From the human T2T-CHM13v2.0 reference genome, Homo sapiens: a stretch of DNA of 64,000 bases. A program made the position numbers and the translations under genes. Location: the NCBI RefSeq assembly GCF_009914755.1, contig NC_060929.1. One strand, written 5' to 3'. Within the stretch, counting starts at the first letter, position 1; the number at the start of each line of letters is the position of its first letter. The notes under the pieces are model-generated. The model had not been told where the DNA came from. It searched no databases and saw only the letters and a program-made list of their open reading frames with translations. This document shows positions 30,692 through 49,918 of this stretch, piece by piece.

Positions 30692-33029
30692 AAGAATAAT
30701 CCCTGTTGTAGATTTGTCTGAATTATCTCTCGTCTCTTACTTGCATTGCCCACATTCTGATAATCCTTCTATGTATGTTCCTTGTTGATCTTGTTTTATG
30801 TCCGGGACTTACTTGACTCTCTCTCTATAGTATAAATTTCAGCAGGGATTGAGCCTTCATTGCTAAATTGCTACGGAGTCTTGGCTTTGCTCTGATTTAC
30901 TTGGCAAAATGCTGGCTGCCTGCTTCTTTTATTCCTTGTTTTCCCATCAGAAGAGTAATCTTTATTTAGTAAGTTGAAAATATAGTTCAGGGTGCCAATT
31001 GTTGCCAGTGATTGTTATTACTACTTTAAAATTTGAAAATGAAGGGATTTCCCCCAAAAAGTTATTTCTAAAATGGAAGATAGGTTTACCATCTGCTAGT
31101 TTTTGACCCAGAGATTTCCCATCAGTTTTCTGACCCTTTTCTGCAAGTGTATTGGTCATTTGGATGCACATAATCTGCCTCATCAGCAGTCTCCCTTCCC
31201 TGGATCTCTTCTGACACATTCACAAAACAACATCTGGGAATAAAAGCCTTAAGAATAAACAATGGAAGTGTTCTAGATGTCTGGGATGGAACGTGACTTG
31301 TCTGCTAGAAGAGTTTTCCTTCCTCCCTGAATTATGAGTTATTGAAAACTTCCTTGTCTTATAGAACACTTTGAGCACTTCGGTTTGGATTCCACAACAA
31401 GCATTCTTGGCTTTGATTTGGGTTGTTTTTGTTTTTGTTTTTTGCATAATATCAGCCAGTACTGTAACCTGCTGGCTTGGGTCCTTGGGTCCTATTGAGT
31501 GAGTCACGAGGACATTTTTCTGACTCTGACTCCAGAAGACTTTGTTCTTAAAGCAAGTTAGGAACATAGGGGAAGTGCCACTCTGGGACTAGACCTTCTT
31601 CCCTAACATCATGCTATGCTACTGCCCGACTTCCATTAGTCTTACTATTTATTACATTGGAAATGGCTTGTATACCTGTGTGCGCTCATGTGTGCATGTG
31701 TATATGTGCATGTGAATGCAATCTGTAGACTGGATGCTCCATCCTCTGCCTGGGGGCCTCACTCTTTAGGTTCTTTGCTTCTTCAGAGAGGTGTTTAAAA
31801 CTGATGTTAGTGAAAATAGTACTTTCTGACTGAAATCCAAACTTTAAAATATTTCTCTAGTCATCTTCCGCATAACATACATACACATTGGGCAGAAAAT
31901 GCATTTGCTTAGTCCTTCCAGTGTGACAGTTTTAAATATCCCCGGGCAACAACCACACAAAGGCTTCTGGCTCATCTGTGACCCAACAACATGCAAAAAC
32001 AAAACATCATGCCTAGTGCCAGATTGTTACATACTCAAAGCAGGTGATGCCCATGTGGTGTGATTTAACAGGAACAAGGAATATTCTCAATCCAAACTAT
32101 CTCCATCCCTGTCATCACTCTGGGCATCTCATCAGTGGAAATCCTTCCTCTGAATCTTCAATTTTTTTTAATATTTAAGAAACACTAAATAAAATGAGAA
32201 TACACTGAAAAGTGACAACACTTTAAATTATTCTTGAGCAGTGAGATGTTGGTGGATATTTGCTGACAATTAAACCCTTGCAGAAGAGGACTGTTCAGAG
32301 AAACAGAAACACTGAGAGTGGAGATGGCAGGATTCATCACCTGCTTCCAAATTTGATCTTGAATCGATTTGACCAGTTCTGGTAATTCTGTGTTTTTTGG
32401 CAAATTTCAGAAAGCATGGAGGGAACTAAAAGACAGATATTGAAACTTCATTTTGTTTATTAAGAGAGAAATGGGCAGAAGTGGATTTTGAAACATGTTC
32501 TTTCCTGTTGACACATGTTCAAAGAATGTCTGGAGGAAATACTAAGTTAAAATACAGACTGATTCAACTATTGGCATCAAATCACTTACAGTGAAATATG
32601 GTTGCTATCTTGGACATAAGCAAATAGAAAAGAAGCTTCTCAACATTAAAATTTTGTTGAGGAAAACAATGAAAATCTTAATTTAGAATCTATTTTATGT
32701 TATTTTTATTTTATCATTGTGAATTCCCTTGGAGACCTTTATTCAAAATGACTCTATTATATCCCTAGTTCCTGATATTACTGGTGTAAAGAATACAGGG
32801 AGAAAAGGCTTTAGTATTTAGAATATACAATTAACAACTATAAATGTTCACCTGTGAATATTTCCACTGTAAGGTAAATTTTTAATCTTCCCCATAGAAA
32901 GTCAGGAAAGGTAGTCGACAGATGACAAGTTATAAAATCTTGACTAAATGCATTTGGCACAACCGTTTGTTTACTCACTTAGCAAGTCTATAGAATGTAC
33001 AGTGTACTCTGTGGGGGCTAAACAGAGGA

Positions 33030-33530
33030 ATATTAAGGTGTAACATATGCTATTCCCAACCTTGCTAATGGAACATTTATTTTGTTCATGTCTGTCTTCC
33101 TCACTGATGATGACCCAAATCCCAACTCGGCGGATATGTCTAAGTCAGTCCAATGGAAAATTCTATTCCCTTGCTGGTGACTGGCTTCAGGAAAGCATGT
33201 GATGTTGTTCTGTCCAGTGAGATGTGAGAGGGGAGAGGTGCTTCTTGGGAAAATGTGCAATCCTAAAAGGCACCTATAGGAACAGCTGCTCCCTCCTTCC
33301 CTTTATCCTTGTTGTGGCCAGATGTGACACCTGGGACACAAGGTTAGTGAGTATGAGGACTGGGAAAGCACATCAGAGTCTTGATAGCAACATTGAGCAC
33401 TGTATTGATCAACCCTGGTGCCACCTTCCCTCTGAGCTTCTTATTATGCGATAAAAGGAATTTCCTCATTGTTTAAGTCCATTTCTGTTAGATTCCCTGT
33501 TATTTGCAGTTCAGAGTATTTCTTGCTGGT
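33030..33530 (+). mobile_element. Old MaLR LTR (MLT1J/K-like)
   Basis: 3' end CTTCTTATTATGCGATAAAAGG...TTGTTTAAGTCCATTT...CTGTTATTTGCAG. Confidence 0.5.
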
Positions 33531-34109
33531 ACAAAGTGCATAGATGCAGCCCTCAGGAAGTTACCAATCTCAGAGATGAACAGAGAGATAAATAGGGAAA
33601 ATATGAAAATATAATAATATTGTGCAAGATGTTGACTCTGTCACTTCTATGGGTCCCTACTACTTTTAGAAAAAGGAAAAAGCACTTCCATCTGGAATGA
33701 TCAGAAAACACTGTGGAGAAAGTGGCATTTCCCATAACACGTGAGTAATAGGGTAAGTGCTTGACTGGCACGGAGTTAGTGAGTAGAAAATAATCAATTT
33801 TTACTTAACAGTAAGGAAGTAAGAGGAGAGCAGTAGAAGAAAAAGTTATTGGAGCAATATTATGAAGAGAGGTCAAGGTAGAAAAACAAATCCACAATGC
33901 AGTTGATGGTTGACATTCTGGGAGTGGGAAAAATCCTCACAGTGTCTTCCATCCTGAGTTCTGTAGAATCTGTGAAAACCATGCTCTATAAAAAGAACTG
34001 TTCTGTGGTCCAGAAAGTCCCAGAAACTTAGCATACCACATAACCCCTTGGTTATTAACAGTACACCTTAGTGTTCAAAGGCCCTTAGAAGTCATATACC
34101 AGAACTAAA

Positions 34110-34245
34110 GCTGGGCAAGATGGTATATGCCTACAGTCCCAGCTACTTGGGAGGCTTAGGCAGAGGATTACTTGAACCCAGGAATTTGAGTTCAGCCTGG
34201 ACAACATAGTGAGAACCCCCATCTCTTAAAAAAAAAAAAAAAAAA
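34110..34245 (+). mobile_element. FLAM / Alu monomer
   Basis: GCTGGGCAAGATGG...CCCAGCTACTTGGGAGGC...CAGCCTGGACAACATAGTGAGA followed by an A18 tail. Confidence 0.85.
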
Positions 34246-37200
34246 GAGGGTGAGTGATCAAGATGGCCGACTAGAAGCAGCTAGGGTTCGTGGCTCTCAC
34301 AGAGAGGAATGAAAGGGGCAAGTAAACACAGCACCTTCGACTGAAACATCCAGGTACTCACATTGGGACTAATCAAAGAAGCAATTCAACCCACAGAGAA
34401 CAGAGAAAAGCAAGGCAAAATGATGGCCCACCCAGGAGCAACATGGAGCCAAGGGAACTTCCTCCTCCCACGGAAGTGGTGAGTAAATGTGCAACCCCAG
34501 GAAATCATGTTTCTCCGACAAATCTTTGCAACCCTCAGCTCAGGAGATCCCTCATGAACCCACTCCACCAGGGCCATCAGTCTGACAAACAGAACTACAG
34601 GGAGTCTCGGCAGATCAGCCTCTCAGGCATGCACAGAGGCCCAGGAGCTTTACATACTCCAGTCTGGGCTTCCTGGCAAAAGTACCCAGGAAAAGTAACC
34701 CAGCAAAGTGGGAGGTTAGTCCTCTGTGCATACCTTTAGGAAAGAGGCTGAATCCAGGGGGCCAAGCAGTGACATTCTGGAGGCCCCACTTCCACAGTGC
34801 CTCACAGGATAAGAGTCACCACTTGGAATTCCAGCCAGCCACCCGCAACAGTGTCACAACCACCTGAGATGGATTTCCTGGGGGAAGGGATGGGCCTCCA
34901 TTTTTCCTGTTTGGGCAACTCAGCCGTTCCATCCTGGAGGCTTTGGAGAGTCCAAAACAACCAGGGATGGAAGGGGACCCCCGGCACAGCACAGCTGCTT
35001 TACCAAAATGTGGCCAGACTACTTCTTTAAGCAAGTCCCCAATCTGTTCCTCCTCACTCGGCAGGACCTTCCAACTGGGGCCTCCAGCCATCCCTGCCAA
35101 TGTTCTCTGGCCTACAGTGGTATGAATTCTCCCTAGGACAAAGTTCCTGGGGGTATGGGCAGGCTGTTTGGGAGACTTAGATGTTCCAGCCTGTTCAGAA
35201 GTGGTACCCTAGCACAGCACAGCTGCTCTACAAAGGCATGGCCAGACTGCTTCTTTAAGCAGGTTCCCAATCCCATTCCTCCTGACTAGGGTGAGAGTCC
35301 AAGCCAGGATCTCCAGCCACCTCCTACAGTTGCATTTGGACCAGCAACAAGTCCATACCTCCCTGGGACAGAGCTCCCAGAGGAAAGGGCAGGCTGCCAT
35401 CTTTGCTGTTTCACAGCAGCCTTTGCTTGTGATACTTCCAGGTACTGGAAAATCTGAGGTAACTAGGGACTAGAGCAGACCCCAAGCAAACCACAGGAGC
35501 CCAATGGAAAAGTGGCCAGACTGTTCAAATAAAATAAAAATAAAACCATCCAAAGGTCAGCAACCTCAAAGATTGAAGATAGATAAGCCCACAATGATGT
35601 GAAAAAATCAGCACAAGAATGCTGAAAACTCAAAAAACCAGAGTGCCCTCTTTTGTCCAAATGACTGCAGCCTCTCTCTAGCAAGGGTTCAGAACCAGGC
35701 TGAAACTGAGATGGCTCAAATGACAGAAACAGGCTTCAGAATGTGGATACTAATGAAGTTCACTGAGCTAAATGAGCACATTGTAACCCAATGGGGGGAA
35801 ACTAAAAATCATGATAAAACATTGCAGGAGCTGGCAGAGAAAATAGTCAGTATAGTGAAGAATGTAACTGACCTGATAGAGCTGAAAAACACACTACAAG
35901 AATTTCATAATGCAATCACAAGTATTAGTAACAGAATAGACCAAGCAGAGGAAACAATCTCAGAGCTTGAAGGCTGTCTTTCTGAAATAAGACAGGCATA
36001 CAAGAATAGAGAAAAAAGAATAAAAAGGACCGAACAAAACATCAAAAAACTGGAGAATGGGATTATGTAAAAAGACAAAATCTATGACTGATTGGTGTAC
36101 TTGAAAGAGATGGGGAGAATGGAACCAATTTGGAAAACATATTTCAGGATATCATCCAGTGATTGTATTATGAAATTCTTATAGTGTGTTTTTCAGCTCT
36201 ATCAGGTCAGTTACATTCTTCCCCAACATAGCTAGACAGGCCAACATTCAAATTCAGGAAATGCAGAGAACCTCATTAAGATACTCCACAAGAAGATCAT
36301 CCCCAATACACATAATCATCAGATTCTCCAAGGTCCAAGTGAAAGAAAAAATGTTAAGGGCAGCTAGAGAAGTCCAGGTCACCTACAAAGGAAAGCCCAC
36401 CAGACTATAATAATGGACCTCTCAGCAGAAACTGTATAAGCCAAAACAGATTGGGGGCCAATATTCAACATTCTTAAAGAAAAGAAATTCCAAACAAGAA
36501 TTTCATACCCCAAAATAAGCTTCATAAGTGAAGGAGAAGTAAGATCCTTTTCAGACAAGCAAATGCTGAGGGAATTCATCACCACCAGAAATTCCTTAAA
36601 AGAGTTCCTGAAGGAAGCACTAAATATGAAAAGGAAAGACCATTACTAGCCACTACAAAAACACACTGAAGCACACAGACCAGTGATGTTACAAAGCAAC
36701 CACATAAACAAGTCTGCAAAAAGCCAGCTAATATCATGATGACAAGATCAAATCCACACATATCAATACTAACCTTAAATGTAAATGGGCTAAATGCCCC
36801 AACTAAAAGACACAGAGTGGCAAGCGGATAAAGAAGCAAGACCCATTGGTATGCTATCTTCAAAAGACCCATCTCACATGCAGTGACACACATAGGCTCA
36901 AAATAAAAGGATGGAGGAAAATCTACCAAGCAAATGGAAAACAGAAAAAAGTAGGGGTTGCAATCCTAGTTTGTGACAAAACAAACTTTAAACCAACAAA
37001 GATCAAAAAAGACGAAGAAGGGCATTACATAAAGATAAAGTGTTCAATTGAACAAGAAGATCTAAGTATTCTAAATATATATGTACCCAACACAGGAGCA
37101 CTCAGATTCATAAATTAAGTTCTTAAAGACCTTCAAAGAGACTTAGACTTACACAAAATAATAGTGGGAGACTTTAACATCCCACTGACAATATTAGACA

Positions 37201-39982
37201 AAGATATTTAGGACCTGAACTCAGCTCTGGGTCAGGCAGACTTGATAGACATCTATAGAACTCTCCACCCAAAAACAAGAGAATATACATTCTTCTTATG
37301 ACCACATGGCACTTACTCTAAAATTGATCACATAATCAGAGGTAAAACACTCCTCAGCAAATGCAAAAGAACTGAAATCATAACAAACAGTCTCTCAGAC
37401 AGCAGTGCAAGCAAATTAGAACTCAAGACTAAGAAATTCACTTAAAACCATACAATTACATAGAAATTGAATAAACTACTCCTGAAAGACATTTGGGTAA
37501 ATAATGAAATTAAGGCAGAAATCAAGTTCTTTGAAACTAATGATAAAAAAGATTCAACATACCAGAATCTTTGGGACAGCTAACACGGTGTTAATAGGGA
37601 AATTTATAGCACTAAATGCCCACATCAAAATGTTAGAAAGATCTCAAGTTAACAACCTAACATCACAACTAAAAGAACTAGAGAACCAAGAGCAAACAAA
37701 CCTCAAAGCCAGCAGAAGACAAGAAATAACCAAAATCAGAGCTGAACTGAAGGAGATAGAGACATGAAAAAACATTCAAAAGACCAGTGAATCAGGAGCC
37801 GGTCTTTTGAAAAAAATAATAAAATAGATAGCCCACTAGCTAGACTAATAAAGAAGAAAAGAGAGAAGATTTAAATAAACACAATGAGAAATGAAAAGGG
37901 GAATGTTACCCCTGACCCCACAGAAATGCAAACAACTATCCAAGAATGTTATAAACACTTCTGGGCACATAAGCCATCAAATCTAGAAGAATTGGATAAA
38001 TTCCTGGACACATACACCATCCCAAGACTGAACCAGGAAGAAACTGAATCCCTGAACAGACCAATAATGAGTTCTGAAATTGAGGCAGTAATAAATAGCC
38101 TACCAACCAAAAAAAGGCCAGGACAAAATGAATTCACAGCTGAATTCCACCAGATGTACAAAGAAGAACTGGTACCATTCCTACTGAAACTATTCTAAAA
38201 AATTGAAAAGGAGGAACTCCTCCCCAACTCATTCTACGAGGCCAGCATCATCCTGATACCAAAACTTGACAGAGATGGAAACAAACAAACAAACAAACAA
38301 AAACTTCAAGCCAATATCCTTGATGAACACTGATGCAAAAAATCCTCAACAAAATACTGACAAACTGAATCCAGCAGCACATCAAAAAGCTTATCCACCA
38401 CAATCAAGAAGGCTTCATCCCCAGGAAGCAAGGTTGGTTCAACATATGCAAATCAATAAATGTGATTCATCACATAAACAGAACTAAAGACAAAAACCAC
38501 ATGATTATCCCCACAGATACAGAAAAGGCTTTTAATAAAATTCAACATCCATTCATGTTAAAAACTCTCAATAAACTAGGTATTAAAGGAACATACCTCA
38601 AAAATAATAACAGCCATATATGAGAAACCCACAGCCAACATCATACTGAATGGGCAAACGCTGGAAGCATTCTCCTTGAAAACCAGCACAAAACAAGGAT
38701 GTCCTCTCTCACCACTCCTATTCAACATAGTATTGGAAGTTCTGGCCAGGGCAATCAGGCAAGAAAAATAAACAGCATTCAAATAGGAAGAGAGGAAGTC
38801 CAACTATCCCTATTTGCAGATAACAGGATCCTATATCTAGAAAACCCCATCATCTCAGCCCAAAAGCTTCTTAAGCAGATAAATAACTTTAGCAAAGTCT
38901 CAGGATACAAAACTGATGTGCAAAAATCACTATCATTCCTATACACCAAAAACAAACAAGTCAAGAGCCAAATCACGAACAAACTTTGATTCACAATTGC
39001 CACAAAAATAATAAAATACCTAGGAATACAGCTAACCAGGGAGGTGAAGATCTCTACAAGAAGAGCTACAAAATACTGCTCAAATAAATCAGAAATGACA
39101 AAAACAAATGGAAAAATATTTCATGCTCATAAACAAGAAGAATCAATATCATTAAGATGACCATACTGCCATTTATAGATTTAATGTTATAATGCAATTT
39201 ATAGATTCAATGCTATTCCTGTCAAACTACAAATGACATTCTTCACAGAACTAGAAAAAAACTATTTTAAAATTCATATGGAACCAACAAAGAGCCTGAA
39301 TTGCCAAGGCAATCTTAAGCAAAAAGAACAAAGCTGGAGGTGTCATGCTATCCAACTTCAAATTATATTACAGGGCTACAGTAACCAAAGCAGCATGGTA
39401 CTGTTATAAAAACAGACACATAGACAGTGAAATAAAATAGAAAGCCCAGAAATAAGGCTACACACCTACAACCATCTGATCTTCAACAAAGCTGACAAAA
39501 ACAAACAGTGGGGAAAGGATTCCCTTTTCAATAAATGGTGCTGGGATAACCATTCTACCCAACCATTCCATTACTGGGTATATACCCAAAGAAATATAAA
39601 TCATTCTGTTATAAAGACATGTGCACACATATGTTTGTTGCAGCACTATTCACAAGAGCAAAGACATGGAGTCAACCTAAATGTCCATCAATGATAGACT
39701 GGAAAAATAAAATGTGATATATATACACCATGAAGTACTATGCAGCCATAAAAAAACGAGATCATGTCCTTTGCAAAGACATGGATGGAGCTGGAGGCCA
39801 TTATTCTTAGCAAACTACAAGAACATAAAACCAAATACCACATGTTCTGATTTGTAAGTGGGAACAAAATGATGAGACCACATGGACACACAGAGGAGAA
39901 CAGCACACACTCGGGCCTTTCAGAGGGTGGAGGGTGGGAGGATCAGGAAAAACAACCAATGAGTTCTAGGCTTAATACCTGG
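34246..39982 (+). mobile_element. Near full-length older primate L1 (L1PA10-16/L1PREC2-like), rearranged
   Basis: 5' end GATCAAGATGGCCGACTAGAAGCAGC; ORF1 remnants 35711-36410; ORF2 remnants 36740-39550; internal deletion at about 39551; 3'UTR breaks at 39982. Confidence 0.88.
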
Positions 39983-39983
39983 A

Positions 39984-40264
39984 GGACAGGAAGAATCAAT
40001 ATCATTTACCATTAAAAAGCCTATACTGCCCAAAGAAATTTATGGATTCAGTGCTATTCCCATTAAACTGTCATTGACATTCTTCACAGAACTAGTAAAA
40101 ACTATTTTAAAATTCATATAGAACCAAAAAAAGAGCCTGAATAGCCAAGGCAACACTAAGCAAAAAGAACAAAGCTGGCGGCATCACACTACCTGACTTC
40201 AAACTATGCTACAGGCCTACAGTAACCAAAACAGCATGGTACTGGTACAAGAACAGACATAGAC
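39984..40264 (+). mobile_element. Second L1 ORF2 fragment homologous to about 39135-39425
   Basis: GGAAGAATCAATATC...ACAGCATGGTACTGGTACAAGAACAGACATAGAC. Confidence 0.8.
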
Positions 40265-40295
40265 GAATTTAAACAAAGTTCAGTCTTGTTCTGGT

Positions 40296-40404
40296 CTTTT
40301 TATTCTTTTTTTTAACCTTTATTTTAAGTTCAGGGTTACAAGTGCAGATTTGTTACATAGGTAAACTTGTGTCATAGGGGTTTGTTGTACAGATTATTCA
40401 ATCA
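40296..40404 (-). mobile_element. Inverted terminal ~100 bp plus A-tail of the old L1
   Basis: Reverse complement reads TGATTGAATAATCTGTACAACAAACCCC...TAACAAATCTGCACTTGTAACCCTGAACTTAAAATAAAGGTTAAAAAAAA. Confidence 0.8.
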
Positions 40405-40443
40405 ACTGACTCATCAACCAACATTAAAAATTTAGAAGACTGA

Positions 40444-45955
<5,512 letters not shown>

Positions 45956-46857
45956 GAATATAGTTTGGGATTATCTAGTGTAACTAGCAATTCAAATATA
46001 TGATTGTATTTTCTATAATATTTACATCAAAGCCTTAATTTTAAACTTATTTGCACATATTTCTGTAACATAACTAATGCACTGAATATTCCCATTCATA
46101 TTGTCCTTATGTGGTATTATGGTTAACAACTTAAGTCCTTCATATTTCCTACTGGAGTATATATAGTCTGTGAACGATCTATGCATCTGGAATTTTTGTA
46201 ATTCTCAATGTGATTTGCTTATACCTAGTAGAATAAGTTGAATGTGGTATAAATTTATAAACTAATTCATTCATTAATTAAAAATAATAAAGAAGATACT
46301 TGGTAACTTCTCAAAAAAAAATTTAGAAGATTATGCTTTTGTTGATAATCTCTTCTCAGCCTGCAGCCTTTTTATCAAATACTTGCTATAGCAGTTGTGT
46401 TCTTAGCATATCAAACTTATGTTTATTAAGCCTTGCAAAAATGTAAAATGTGCTTCATTATTTATCCTGTAATAGTCATCAAAATTATTTCTAAATATCA
46501 TTTATATACCAGGTCCCTAGTGAGGTAGTTTAACTAAAATACTGTTTTATTTGTCTTCATATTGATTTGCTCACATTGAGCCCACTTATTGTTAAATTTA
46601 TTTATAAGGACCCTTCATATATTAAAGATATTGTCTTTGGGGGGAAATGCTTTCAATGTAAGTGACAAGCATTTTGCCATATGTCTTTGGATATTGCCTA
46701 TGGTATTTTCTACCTTACAAAAGTCTTCTATGCTCTAACTTATTGATAGTTTCCTTTATGCCTTCCTCTCTTAAACATTATTTTTAATTTACCATCTCAT
46801 TTAGTGTATATAATTATTTCATTTCCTAATAGAAAAAAGGGTGGGAGGGGAAGGTTG

Positions 46858-46884
46858 TATGTGTGTGTGTGTATGTGTGTGTGT
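46858..46884 (+). repeat. (TG)n microsatellite
   Basis: TATGTGTGTGTGTGTATGTGTGTGTGT. Confidence 0.8.
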
Positions 46885-48644
46885 TGTTTGGTCACTTTTT
46901 GGAAAAAGTATTTATATCATATCTAGATTTCTACTTGAATTGATTCTCAATGGAAAATTAGTGAATACTGAATCAATCGATAACACTTGCTGTGTTCCAG
47001 CTTGACCATAGCAATTACTGTGTTTCCCTCATTAATGAATGTGGTCGTTCATTTTGAAATTCCTACTACTTTGCCTGCTGTGACTTCGTTTATTTTGTAA
47101 AATCATCCTGACTAGTTAAACAATTTAATTGCTTTCAGCATGATGAGATTATTTCTTGTAATGTATCTGTTTCTATTGTAAAACAATGATAACATATTTG
47201 GCTTTGGGGCACAGTACTGTATCACAGTAGTGTATCTGAGATGTTCAAATATAAATGGAAGTGTTCCATTATAAGGCCTCCCATCCTCAATTGATCATTT
47301 TTCCTTCTTTATTCAACAGTATTTATTTTCTTCCCTCCCTTCCTGCCTCCACCTTTCCTCTGGTCTTTATTACCTGGTCCTTCTCTGGTATTTTTCCCTT
47401 AACTTGGCCTACATATTTACCCGTTTTCTCCCTATAATACTGGTAGGCTCATATAGTCCTCACCTTCCTCTGTGCAAGGCAAGGGTACCTACGAGCCTGG
47501 AGCTGAAAACCTTCCTTTGGCAGTCATTACTGTTGAAAGGATTTCCACATGTGCAAATCTTTCAGGACAAGTAATTGCGGACAATGTGAGTGATCTGTCT
47601 TGAGTCCAGCGACATCACAGGGACCACCCCATGTGGCACTTTCCTCATCCCACCCATAACATTTGAACTTAGTTAAAATGAACATCAAAGCCTGCTCTAA
47701 AGAAGAAAAGAAAAAGGAGTCATAAAAGGGCAGTGTAAGGCCTGGAGACAAAGTTGAGATAGGGACAGTGTATGACCAGGCAGCCAGCACCAGCAGTGCT
47801 GGGACATCCCTATTTGCCAAGTCCTCAAGGTATTTTCCTGATTACTCCATATGTGAGGATCCTGCACTTAAGGCAATTCTCATCCATTCCAGTCACTTCA
47901 TAGCTGACGTGGAGAGGAGTAAAGGAAAAGGAAGTTGAAGTACTATTGTGTGACTTAACTCAATAATGATGGTTTAGAAAACGTATCTTCATATTTATGA
48001 AAGGAAGATTTAACATGCAAAATATATTCTGATTTAAAGTTGAGATAGAGGAAGACAAAACAAATTTCCCTCAATCTCACCTTTGCCACCACCATCATTC
48101 CACCAAGAAGAGGCCCTAGAGCAGCCCTCTGAAGTATTTACATTTAAGTTGCTTAGGAAAAGGCAGTATTCCAGGTGCCCCAACCCTTATTACAGCCCCA
48201 GCTCTGAGTTGAGGGGTACTTTGCTTTCCTTGCCAACTGCCCTTAAGCTCATTCATTTTAAGGACCTAGTGGGAGGGATGGCTGTAATCTGAGGTGAGAT
48301 TTACATTTTCTTGAGAACTTCGGACTTAATATCATTATATAGCACCCCAATATCCTTCCCAAGCCCAATTTTCAAAGCTGCCATAGTTTCACTATGGGTG
48401 TTAGCAGATACATTTACCAAATTAGCTAAGCCATTACTGGACAGAAGTCAAGGCCTGAAGGGTGGTGGGCTACAAGGGAGGGATCCAGTGAAATTCTGCC
48501 AAATCCTGATGTCAAGTGCCAAGGGCTGGGGATGGTTGGATAGCTTGGGAAAACTTGATATTGAGAACATTTTTCAAAGGAATGTAAAAGGGAATAAATG
48601 GGAAGAGCTTGAAACAAATCTGCTTTGCACTTATGTCTACAGAG

Positions 48645-48995
48645 CAGTGTTTCTCAGACTACCTGTGGGAAAGACCAATGTGTTTGGAGTTTTAGTTTGT
48701 TAATTTGTTTGTTTTTAGTTTCAGCCCATTGTGAACTGATACGTTTATACAACACAAATAAATAGAAAAAAGTAATTAAATAAAAAACAAAGGCATACAA
48801 AATACACACCCAATTTTTATTAGATTGGACAAATTTTATTTCATTAATAAAATAAATTAATACAGTGCCATGTTAAGTCGCTGTTACAGTTTCTAAACTC
48901 TGGCTCTCAATTTCTGTCCCCATCTTGCTCCAAATCGGTAACAAAGAGGTTCGGAGACTGGCACAGGTCTGCGGGCCATGCTTTGATTGGCATGG
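48645..48995 (-). mobile_element. hAT-Charlie DNA transposon fossil (Charlie4/MER80-like)
   Basis: CAGTGTTTCTCA left end; right part CTCTCAATTTCTGT...GGTAACAAAGAGGTTCGGAGACTGGCACAGGTCTGCGGGCCATGCTTTGA. Confidence 0.55.
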
Positions 48996-49917
48996 CTCTA
49001 GGGGGTGTGGCTTATAAATCTGACAGAGCAGGTGTCTGGGCTGTTGAAGAAAGGCAGTCCAAGGGATAGAACCACACGAGGCCTTTGGAGCAGTGGCACA
49101 GCTGTTCTATAAGGGTCTCCTGAAACACAGGAGAAGCAGAAACAAAACATCTCTAAGAGCAGCAAGAAAGACAGCTAAACACAGCAAAGAAGAGCCACAA
49201 GGCTATGACGTGTGAAGCCAGCCCTCCTCTGAGCACAGCCTTGCACTTGCTCAGTCCGGTACAGTTGCTGTAAAGCCATCCAAAGCAAACATGGCCCTCC
49301 CTGCAGCAGACTCAACAGAACAAAAACCAACACCCAGAAATAAATTAGATCGCCGAGCTCATCATGTTACACAGCCCACTGTTCTCAAATCCAGAATCGT
49401 GAATATAATAACAAATGATACTATTAACTGGCAAATCGGTCTAAAGCCAAAACCAAATAACTCATTACTATTAACCAACATGATTCTCAGAATTTTCTAG
49501 GTCAGCTACAAGAAAGAGTTATGAGACTCTTCCCAACTGAACTAAATCTCACCCATGTCTAATTACACGCAGTGTGTATGGCTAAATCCTTTTTCTCTTC
49601 TGCACAGCCAGCTTGTGTCTCAGAGCCCCTAAACCCCCAGGGACTTCTCAAAGGAGGCAGGCATGTAGTCAGGTTGAAAGGAACATAGAGCCGGGAGCCA
49701 GCACATAGGAGCTTAAGGGCCACCTGCTAGCTCGGTAATCTCAAGCAAGTCCCTGAATTTCAGTTTATTTATCCATAAAACAAGACTAATGACAACCACT
49801 TCCCTGGAAATACAGCTAAAAACGTTCAGCAATTTGTACAACGCTATGTGGACATTAATCCTTACTACTCAGAAATAAGCAGCTGAGAGATGTTTGTAAC
49901 CATTCCCATTTCCCCCG

Positions 49918-49918
<1 letters not shown>

